DNA of 60,000 nucleotides from Mustelus asterias. Lineage: Eukaryota. The position numbers were made by a program, and so were the translations under genes. Below, one piece after another: positions 49,273-60,000 of the stretch (positions are counted from its first letter, which is position 1; each line of letters begins with the position of its first letter). Where the stretch lies: positions 124,001-184,000 of the forward strand of contig NW_027590758.1 of NCBI RefSeq assembly GCF_964213995.1. Reading direction: 5' to 3'. The notes under the pieces were generated by a model, which was given only the letters and a program-made list of their open reading frames with translations, made no database searches and was not told the origin of the DNA.

Positions 49273-52200
49273 TGCTGGAAACTGCCACGTATATAAAAAC
49301 ATCGACACTATCTCAATCACTCCTGCACCAGTCTACCTCCATGTTTATAGCGAACAGCATCCTGTCGCTGTAATTATTGTTTTATTACACGTTTCATTTA
49401 TTGATGCACTTGCCGCGTCAAAGCTTATATCAATCTAAGGCCTTGGTCTAAATTACTGTGTCAGGCTTTGTCTCATTTTATATTATACAATGCCTAGAAT
49501 CAGACAAAATTATTCTCGGCCCGGTGTCAGTTTTATAACGTTTGATGTTCTCTCCTTTATTATGCGCTAAACCATACCGCTGTTCATTTTGCACATCATT
49601 CTCTCTCAATTATTACTTTACTCTGCATTGCCTCACTTTTTATTCCACTGGGCTACATCTCTGTTTATATCACGCTAGATCATGTCCCTATATTCTGATA
49701 GCACCTATATGAGTTTCCATTACACGAGAACCTGTCTCAGTTGAAATTATTGTGCACGTTGTCTCCGCTGATATTAGAATAAATCTTGTCTTTGTTACAG
49801 CTGCATGTCTCTGTTTATATTAGAAAGTACCACGCTAGTTACTAATACACTAGACCTTCTCTCAAGAATTATTGAACTGAACCCAGTCTCGATTCAGACT
49901 AGCGCAGGTACTGGATAAATAATTGTTGCACTCGGCCCTGTCTCTGTATTACTGAACAAACGCCTACCCCCAATTATTATTTAATCATACCATGGTGATG
50001 GATTGGCCATGCGAAATTGCCCCTTAGTGTCCAAAGATGTGTAGGTAACGTGGATGAGCCATCGTAAATGTGCAGGGCCATCGGGGATAGGGTAGAAGGA
50101 AGGGTAGAATGGGATAGGGTAGAAGGACATTTGGGCCGACTGACCTGGATGGGATGCAGACTCTATGGGCCAGTTGACCTTTTTTTGCACAATACGGATC
50201 ATATGGCTCTATGTCTAAGAAATATCACATAATTTCCCTCCTTAAATATTTGTCTGCTTATTTATTTAAATTAATCTATTTTCTATTAACCCAATTTGGA
50301 GAAATAAACTTTCATTCAGCAAATTTCCTTCAATTTTCCAGTGATAACCTTCAATCCATTTCCGCCTTCCATGAGTGTATGAAAACCCTAAACAATTCAT
50401 GTATTCAATTGAAGAATAGGTAATACTGTAATTATTTATTGTCAACCATTCTGTTCTGTGCTTTTGTTTACAAAATGATTTCAGACTGACTATTTTCCCA
50501 GCGTTGACTTATTTGTCTTTAGAGATCAGTTGGAAAATGAATAACTCACTGTCAAATGGCGAGGAGATTTTTAAAAAATGACCTTCTCAGTTTCTCACTG
50601 AAATTCCTGATATAAGACTCGAATATGTTCCGATTTGTGAAAATGATGCCGAAAATGAACTTGGATGTATAGCCGACAGGAGATAATTATAACTTTAATT
50701 CTCAGTCCTCTTATACCTATTGATGCAAAGGATGGAAACATCTGCTGCTCTCCAGAGAAGGAGCAATATTTCTGTGTAACCGTTACCTTCACCAATTCCA
50801 TGGTAACCAACCTAAATATTTTCTACTGTGTATAGGTTGTACAATGTCGGTAATACGATTAATCAAGATCAGGTGTATCATAAGGGTGTTCAGACCTTGT
50901 GTGGTATAAACAGTGATACGGGCTGCTGAACATGGATCGCAGTGGTTCAAGATGGCAGCTCATCACCACTTTGTCAGGGGCAATTAGGGAAGGGCAACAG
51001 ATGCCAGCGATGCCCAAATCCCAGAAATGATTAAAAACTATTCAGGAACAACAGAGACAGAATCTAATCTAATATAGACAGATATGCTAGCGCAATGGTG
51101 ACATAAACTGACCGGGAGAGTCATGTAAACCAATGTATGGGATATATAGAATAAGAGAGACAGAACATGATATAACATTTTAATAAACAGTTTTGTGCGT
51201 GTGATCATTCTCGAAAAAAGTAATTTGTCCAATGATAACCGGCAGGTGTCAAATGAAACAAAATCAGATATAGGTTCTAATTCACAACTGATTGGCTAAC
51301 GGTTTCCAGAAATAATCATGGAGAATTAGAATATTATAATTTGAATGACCGGCTCCAGTGTATCACTAACAGAGACAGCTGGGCCCGGAGTCGGACTGGG
51401 AACTGATATAAGTAAGCAATCATTTCTAGGGCCTGAGTGCAGCTTTCTTTGTCATGACGAGTCTCGTAGGGATTTGTGTGGCAAACACGGATTGAAAACC
51501 CGATGACGACCGCAGGAGTGACTGACTCTACCTGACTAAGAGCTGTTATTCCCAAGGGGGACAATGGTGGCGGGCTCCATAAATTTCTGTTATCTGAGGT
51601 AACAATGCTGAATCTGTCAGAGGAACAGAAAATAATCTGTTCCTTCTCTTTCCTACAAACAGTTCCACATTTACAGACAGAATTAGGACATATGATGACT
51701 GAAAAGTCAAAATATGAAAACTTCATCGGAGGAAAAAAGAACAGTGCAATAAATATTAAGGGCAATTGTGCTTTTCCTAAATAATCGATCCAATGCTAAT
51801 TTGTTCAAAGTGATACTCTTATCTTAACACAAGACGACAGCTGTATAAATATTGCATTCTATTCAGTCTCAATGAAGGGCAGGGAGAGACACAAAAAGGA
51901 TGCGAGGACAATTACATAGATGAACCATTCAACTGGTCCCATTCTTGAAAACCCTTCAAATTTTAACCCCATGAAGGATATATCTTATTTATTTTCTAAA
52001 GTTACTGTGAAATCTGATTCGATCACCCTTTCAAGCTCTTTATTCCAGTTTATAACAACGTTTGTGTAAAAATAAACAATTATATTTCTGTCTCCCTGCT
52101 CAATAAAATAAATTTGTGCCCATTGGTTGCTGACCGTCCTCCCAGTTGAAACATTCTCTCTTTAATTACCCCACTCACAACTTCATGATTATGAACACTA

Positions 52201-53294
52201 ATAAAAGTGTTCAAAAGATAGGAGATAGACAGAGACACCGGGAGAGTTAGCAGAAAGAAAAACGGGGTGCTGACAGATAAGGAACAAAAAATAAAAAGCA
52301 GATGGAGAGAAAATGATCAAACAATGCAAGACAACAGCTATCATTCCCTTCCTTCACGGAACCCGGGGGAGCTCAGTGGCTAATCCACTGACCATCGAGT
52401 TATGTCCGGGAATGGAAGCTCTCAGCAGATCACACCAGGCTCATTTGTAAATGTCACCGCAATGTGATCTGTGTGATTCTGCCCTGGCTCTGTGGACAGA
52501 TATAGGCCGCACTGACAGATGTTCTCACCAGATTGGGGTCCATGGAGTTATTTTCTGCTCAGAAGTGAGATGTGTGGTTTGCAACCGGCAGCAAGAAACA
52601 GGAAGTTGTGTTACCTGAGAATGAAACAACCAGGGCCAGTTTGATGTTATCACCGTGAACAGTCTTCCTGACTGTGAGGGTGAACTCACTCTGACAGCAT
52701 CAAGAACAACCACACAGATTGCTGCCAGTCTCAGTATTACATTCACCTCTATTCCCATTTTAATGAATCAAGAAAATGATCATATTTGGGGTTTAAATAG
52801 ATTAATTGCAGTGAAGATGGACCGAAGGCTATCACTGAGAAAAGAGGGAAAATTAAAGCAACATTTTTTTCCCCGCAGAGGTATTCCATATAAGAAAGTT
52901 TAAGTGTGTTAGGTGTTGTGTGAGAGAAATCGAGGAGAGAGGTTAAGTGAGTGAACTGGTTTGTTTCCGACACTGAATTTTCCGCTGAAGAGATTTTTGT
53001 ACTTTATCTTTTCAGTCACAAGGTGCCTTAAACAACAATTTTTTTTTTTTAAACTCGTAGCCAGATCCGTGTCCTGGATACCTGTGTAAGTGAGTTAATG
53101 GAGACTGAGAGAGAGAAGAGAGGTTATCTGATTTAGTTGCAGTCTGAGACAGAGAAAGAGAGGAGAGAAATTCAGTGAGTCATTTGAAAGATGCATTGCG
53201 TTGGCAGCGAAATGGCCAGATGTACATCACATTCAAGAGCGTCCAGGGCAATTCATTAACTTTAGGTATTGGCTGAGGCATAGAATGTGTAACC

Positions 53295-53628
53295 ATAGAA
53301 ACCCTACAGCACAGAAAGAGGCCATTCGGCCCATCGAGTGTGCACCGACCACAATCCCACCCAGGCCATACCCCCATATCCCTACATATTTACCCACTAA
53401 TCCCTCTAACCTGCACATCTCAGGACACTAAGGGCAATTTTTAGCATGGCCAATCAACCTAACCCGCACATCTTTGGACTGTGGGAGGAAACCGGAGCAC
53501 CCGGAGGAAACACACGCAGACACGAGGAGAATGTGCAAACTCCACACAGACAGTGACCCAAATCGGGAATCGAACCCAGGTCGCTGGAGTTGTGAAGCAG
53601 CAGTGCTAACCACTGTGCTACCGTGCCA
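53295..53628 (-). mobile_element. HE1-type V-SINE, full length (a second degenerate + strand copy at ~53695-53880)
   Basis: Near-identical to the copies at 54565 and 58047. Confidence 0.9.
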
Positions 53629-54392
53629 CTACTGCGTTACCGTGAATACTGAATAAATTACCGTATCATGTTTAAAGGTAATAGCAATTATTTACACAGT
53701 GGTTAGCACTGGTACCTCACACTGTTACGGGCACAGGTTCCATTTCGGCCTTGTGTGGTGTTTGCACATTCACCCCGTGTGTGCGTGGGTTTCCTCCAGG
53801 TTTACTGCTTTCCTCCGACAGTCTAAAGATGTACAGGTTAGTTGGAGTGGCCATGCTGAATAGCCCATTAGTGTCCATTTGCTGTGCAACGTGGCGTACG
53901 TTTATTATGTTCCTCAATCTCTTCTGAACAAGAGGATGTTACAAGTTTCATCCCAAGCTTTCAACAAAATATTGCAGACAATCCGAGAGCAATTAAATAT
54001 TACACGCAGCACCTAATAGTTATTAACAAGACGAAACGCATTCATCGAACCCCTTTCATCGACAGAAATATATTACGTTTTTTAAGCTAATATCCGTCTT
54101 TTCTCGCTCGCCCCTTCTTTCTTTCCATCTGTCAGACGCATTTTTATAGAAAACCAATTGCTGAGACACTGTCTGCTTTATTATTATGACCAAATATAAG
54201 ACAAAGTGAGGCACGGATGTTTCAGTAGTGCACGACATAGAGCCGAGCGCAATAATATCTGAGATGGAGCCGAGTGTAACAGAAATGGCCTCTTGACTGA
54301 ACAAAAACTCAGAAATAATGATTTGTAGCATTGTCGTCATGTAATAATAAATGAAGCGGCATATTTCGTAAATTAAAGTAATAGCAGCATTT

Positions 54393-54465
54393 GGCTCCAT
54401 GGCTCAGTGGTTTAAGCACTGGCTTTGTAAACCAGGGTTCGCGAGTTCAATTCTCACTGGAGCCT
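54393..54465 (+). tRNA. tRNA-Thr(TGT), probably a pseudogene
   Basis: GGCTCCATGGCTCAGTGGTTTAAGCACTGGCTTTGTAAACCAGGGTTCGCGAGTTCAATTCTCACTGGAGCCT; perfect acceptor stem but single mismatches in the D, anticodon and T stems; no adjacent T-run. Confidence 0.75.
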
Positions 54466-54564
54466 GAAAACAAAATCTAGCTGATAGAAGCTGCACGGAA
54501 GAGACTGGGAGGCGAAGCAGAGAGCTTTGATTAGTGGAGGGAACAGATCGGATGGCATTTTAGT

Positions 54565-54895
54565 GCGGCACGGTAGCACAGTGGTTCGCACTGCTTCTTC
54601 ACAGCTCCAGGGATCTGGGTTCGATTGCCGGCTTGGGTCACTGTCTGTGTGGAGTTTGCACATTCTCCTCGTGTCTGCATGGGTTTCTTCCGGGTGCTCC
54701 GGTTTCCTCCCACAGTCCAAAGATGTGCGGGTTAGGTTGATTGGCCATGCTAAAATTGCCCCTTAGTGTCCTGAGATGCGGAGGTTAGAGGGATTAGCAG
54801 GTAAATATGGGGGTAAGGCCTGGGTGGGATTGTGGTCGGTGCAGCCTCGCTGGGCCAAATGGCCTCTTTCTGCACTGTAGGGTTTCTATGATTCT
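54565..54895 (+). mobile_element. HE1-type V-SINE, full length
   Basis: Complete head, V-domain and tail. Confidence 0.9.
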
Positions 54896-56286
54896 AATGT
54901 AAACAGACACCAAGATCTATTGCAAATGCTCACATGCAGTATATAAATAGGCATGGCCTCGTGCATTACTGTACATGACTGCGCCAAATGTGTGTGACAG
55001 AGAGGGAGGGAGCGAGACAGACAGAGAGAGACACAAGGAGAGAGAGAGAGAGATGCACATTAATATCACTCCATTTATGATGAATGATCTGCTGAGTGTT
55101 TCTGGCATTTCTTTTTCAGACCCATGCATCGGTAATAGCTTCCTGATGAGCAACGAGATATTTAATCAGGTTACTGACAGGATGGCCAATAAAAGGGATA
55201 GTTTTATGGATTGATTCAGACGAGGAATATGAGGTAACGAGATTTAGGGAGGGAATAACAGAGCTTAGGGCCTCGACAGATGAATACATCCCAAACTGAA
55301 AAATAATTTTGAAGATAACAATACGAATTGCAGAAAATATATGTTTTTAACTCTATTCAAACATATCGTAACAGTCAACACTTGTTCTGTGTCCCCATTT
55401 CGGGGTTTTTTTCTCTCTGAAACAGATGAGCAAATAATGAATGGACAGATATTTAGCCTGTGGGAGCCCATCTGGCGATATTGTGAGGACACAATTCTGT
55501 CTCACACTGTCAGTATATCAGTTGAATGGTATAAATAAAATAAGATAGGCGAACAATTTGTATCGCTAAACTCTGTGACATATTGACTCAGTGCAACACA
55601 ATATTCAACTAATAAAATGTATCACAACAGAGGTTGCTTGAAGTTATTGCAACGAGCACTGAACGATTGTTCAGATATTGACTTGTCCCCAATGCCGGTT
55701 AATCACTGAGAAATTGTTATAACGTTCACGCTAAATATTACCCACATGATAGCAGAGCAATTAGACGTTTCTCACAGCTATTTATATATATTAGCAAAAA
55801 AATAAACCTACTCTTCGAAACAAGAATGACTGGTACCGGACAGGCAAACCCATATTATATCGTGATTGATAATATCTCGACAGGCAACATATTCATGGTC
55901 GTATGTTGGATTAACAGAGACAGGTTCTGATGTAATGTAAAGAGACAAATCCTGTTTAATATAAAAAGAGATGGGATCTGATGTAATATAATCAGATCCG
56001 TGGTCTACTCCAGTAATAATTGACAGGACCAAATCTAGCAGAAATAGAGAGATGGCCTAGTGTAGCAAAACGAGAGAAATGACCGAATGTAGCGTGAAGA
56101 GAGACAGGGTCTACTGTCATTCAATTAAAGACTGGGTCCAGTACAGCACAAATAGCAGTATGGTCTTGTATCAAGCAGTGCCTTCTGAATATTGGCCTCT
56201 TGCCAGTGGGTAACAGTTTCGTCCTAATGAGTAAAACATTCCCATTCATAACTTTGAACTTCTGTACTAAATCTCCCATAAAGATT

Positions 56287-59200
56287 GGGATCAAAGGTGA
56301 ACACGGGATCAAAGGTGAACTAGCTCGATAGGTACAGAACTGGCTTGGCCATAGAAGACAGAGGGTAGCAGTGGAGGAGTCTTTTTCTGATTGGAGGTCT
56401 ATGACTAGTGGTGTTCCGCAGGGCTCTGTACTGGGGCCTCTGCTGTTTGTGATATATATAAATGACTTGGAAGAAGATGTAGCTGGTCTGATTAGTAAGT
56501 TTGCGGACGCCACAAAGATTGCTGGAGTTGCAGATAGTGATGAACATTGTCAGAGAATATAGCAGGATATACATAGGCTGGAAAATTGGGCGGAGAAATG
56601 GCAGATGGAATTTAATCCAGATAAATGTGAAGTGATTCATTTTGGTAGATCTAATGCTGGGGGGAGCTATACAATAAATGGCAGAACCATCAGGAGTATA
56701 GACACACAGAGGGATCTGGGTGTGCAAGTCCACAGATCCTTAAAGGTGGCAGCACAGGTGGAAAAGGTGACGAAGAAGGCATATGGCATGCTTGACTTTA
56801 TTGGACGGGGCATAGAGTACAGAAGGTGGCATATGATGCTGCAGTTATATAGAACGTTGGTTAGGACACATTTGGAATACTGCGTCCAGTTCCGGTCACC
56901 ACACTATCAGAAGGGCGTGGAGGCTTTGGAGAGAGTGCAGAAAAGGTTTACCAGGATGTTGCCTGGTATGGAGGGTATTAAACAAATAACAGATGCATGT
57001 AAAACTGGAATAGCAATAATCATGGGGGATTTTAACCTCCATATTGATTGGTCAACTCAAGTTGGACGCGGTTCTTAGAATGCTGTCGTGATAGTTTCCT
57101 CGAACAGTATGTTCCAGAACCTATGAGGGAGCAAGCTAGCTTGGATCTGGTCCTGTGTAATGAGACAGGTAACATTAATGATCTCTTTGTGAGGGATCCT
57201 CTTGGAATGAGTGATCACAATATGGTTGAATTTCTAATGCAGATGGAGGGTGAGAAAGTAGCGTCCCAAACCAGTGTCCTCTGCTTGAACAAGGGGGATT
57301 ACAAAAGGATGAGGGCGGAGTTGGCTAATGTAGACTGGGAACACAGACTCATTCGTGGGACAGTTGAGGAACAGTGGAGGATTTTTACAGAGATTTTTCT
57401 CAGTACTCAGCAAAAATATATTCCAGTGCAAAAGAAGGAATGTAAGAAAAGGGATAACCAGCCATGAATAGCCAAGGAAATAAAGGAGAGTATCAAATAA
57501 AAAACAAATGCATACAGAGAGGCCAAAATTAGTGGCGAACTAGAAGATTGGGAAAGCTTTAAAAAACAACAAAGAGCTACTAAGAAAGCAATAAAGAAAG
57601 GAAAGATAGTCTATGAAAGTAAACTAGCACAAAATATAAAAACTGACAGTAAAAGTTTTTACAAACATATAAAACGGAAAAAATGGCTAAAGTAAATGTT
57701 GGTCCCTTAGAAGATGAGAAGGGGGATTTAATAATAGGAAACGTGGAAATGGCCGAGGCCTTAAACAAGGTTTTTGTGTCGGTCTTCACAGTGGAGGACA
57801 CAAATAGCTTACCAATAATTGACGGTCATGGGACTGTAGGGAGTGAGGACCTTAAAACGATCACGATTACTAAAGAGGTAGTGCTGGGTAGGCTAATGGG
57901 ACTAAAGGTACACAAGTCCCCTGGTCCGGATGGAATGCATCCCAGGGTGCTAAAAGAAACGGCAGAAGAAATAGCAAATGCATTAGTTGTAATTTATCAA
58001 AATTCACTGGACTCTGGGGAGGTGCCAGCTGATTGGAAAACAGCTAATCATAGAAATCATAGAAACCCTACAGTGCAGAAGGAGGCCATTCGGCCCATCG
58101 AGTCTGCACCGACCACAATCCCACCCAGGCCCTATCCCCACATATTTACCCGCTAATCCCTCTAACCTACGCATCCCAGGACTCTAAGGGGCAATTTTTA
58201 ACCTGGCCAATCAACCTAACCCGCACATCTTTGGACTGTGGGAGGAAACCAGAGCACCCGGAGGAAACCCACGCAGACACGAGGAGAATGTGCAAACTCC
58301 ACACAGACAGTGACCCGAGCCGGGAATCGAACCCGGGACCCTGGAGCTGTGAAGCAGCAGTGCTAACCACTGTGCTACCGTACCGCCCAGTACTCTGGCG
58401 AAGGAGCAGCGCTCCGAAAGCTTATGGTATTTGCTACCAAATGAACATGTTGGACTTTAACCTGGTGTTGTTAAAACTCTTACTGAATCTAACAGAAAGC
58501 AGAGAGTCGGAATAAATCGGTGCTTTTCCGGTTGGCAATCAGTGACTAGTGGCGTGCCGCAGGGATCGGTGCTGGGGCCTCAACCATTTACCATATACAT
58601 AGACGATCTGGAGGAGGGGACCGAGTTATCCATTTTGGAAGGAATAATAGTATAATGGACTATTATTTAAACGGTGAAAAATTACAACATGTTACTGTGC
58701 AGAGGGACCTGGGGGTTCTTGTGCATGAATCACAAAAACTCAGTTTACAGGTGTAGCAGGTAATCAAGAAGGCAAATGGAATGTTGGCCTTTATCGCGAG
58801 AGGGATGGAGTATAAAAGCAGGGAGGTCATGCTGCAGCTGTACAACATACTGGTGAGGCCGCACCTAGAATACTGTGTACAATTTTCGTCCCCTTATTTA
58901 AGAAAGGCTATATTAGCTTTGGAGGGGGTACAGAGAAGGTTCACCAGGTTGATTCCGGAGATGAGGGGGTTAGCTTATGAGGAGAGATTGAGTAGACTGG
59001 GCCTGTACTCATTGGAATTTAGATGGTTGAGGGGAGATCTTACAGAGACATATAAGCTCATGAAGGGGCTAGACAGGGTAGAAGCAGCGAGGTTATTTCC
59101 ACTTACTAAGGAAACAAGAACTAGGGGGCATAGCCTCAAAATACGGGGTAGTCAATTTAGAACTGAGTTGAGGAGGAACATCTTCTCCCAGAGGGTAGTG

Positions 59201-59855
59201 AATCTTTGGAATTCTCTGCCCAATGAAGCAGTAGAGGCTACCTCGTTAAATGTGTTTAAGTCACAGATAGATAGATTTTTAACCATTTAGGGAATTAAGG
59301 GTTATGGGGAGCGGGCGGGTAAGTGGAACTGAACCCACTATCAGATCAGCCATGATCTTATTGAATGGCGGAGCAGGCTTGAGGGGCTAGATGGCCTACT
59401 CCTACTCCTATTTCTTATGTTCTTATGTAGCTATGAGGTGAGATTGAGTAAACTAGGGTTGTTCTCCCTGGAAAGACGGAGGTTGAGGGGCGACCTAATA
59501 GACGTTTATAAAATTATGAAGAGCATAGATAGGGTGAACAGTTGGAAGCTTTTTCCCAGGTCAGAAATGACAAACACAAGGGGTCACAAGTTCAAGGTAA
59601 GGGGACAAGGTTCAATACAGATATGCAGGGGACGTTTTTTACACAGAGGGTGGTGGGGGCCTGGGATGCACTACCAAGCAAGGTGGTTGAGACAGACACG
59701 CTAGGATCATTTAAGACTTATCTAGATAGCCACATGAACAGACGGGGAATAGAGGGATACAAACGGATGTTCTAGTTAGGAACACGTGATCGGTGCAGAC
59801 TTGGAGGGCCGAAGGGCCTGTCCCTATGCTGTATTGTTCTTTATTTGTTCTTTGT
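56287..59855 (+). mobile_element. Nested CR1 complex: outer CR1 (56287-56978 and 59429-59855) interrupted by an internally deleted CR1 (~56979-59428) that itself holds an HE1 SINE (58047-58388, - strand)
   Basis: Outer RT reads ...RMLPGMEGI | SYEVRLSKLGLFSLE... across the insert; the inner copy has GDFN, SDHN, SPGPDGMHP and a (ttcttatg) tail. Confidence 0.9.
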
Positions 59856-60000
59856 AAACTGCTCAGCTCTAAGGGAACCAAACTCAGCTTTCAGCTGTTC
59901 TGATAGTGCAGCTCATGCATGATGAACGTCAAGATCGATAAGACCTTCTACCTCGCGTGCTTCCCGATGTCATTTTAGGAATTGATGGAACTTTTGGATG

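Noticed and set aside
50595-50680. J-like TSKFIFG followed by gtgag
   Set aside because: Lacks FGxG and a 12-RSS; wrong length for a J segment.
48936-58388. CACAGTG/CACTGTG heptamers and tRNA-like heads in SINEs
   Set aside because: Part of the HE1 consensus; neither RSSs nor tRNA genes.

Overview
Eukaryotic, repeat-rich DNA, almost certainly from a shark or other elasmobranch: it carries HE1-type V-SINEs, Deu-domain SINEs, many CR1 LINEs, and RTE, Rex1/Babar, Tx1-like and L2-like fragments. Non-repeat content: (i) the first coding exon of a GPR139/GPR142-like GPCR (- strand, rest of gene not visible in the window); (ii) three co-oriented (- strand) T-cell receptor alpha/delta-type V segments with leader exons and complete, degraded or remnant 23-bp-spacer RSSs, all damaged to different degrees; (iii) a tRNA cluster interleaved with those V segments, comprising an apparently intact intron-containing tRNA-Pro(AGG), a near-intact tRNA-Arg(ACG), degenerate Pro, Arg and Thr copies, and two oppositely oriented arrays of a ~1.24-kb unit that each carries a decayed tRNA-Val. 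Most long ORFs in the track are retroelement fragments or low-complexity artefacts. All calls come from reading the sequence by eye; no database search was run, and repeat boundaries are approximate.
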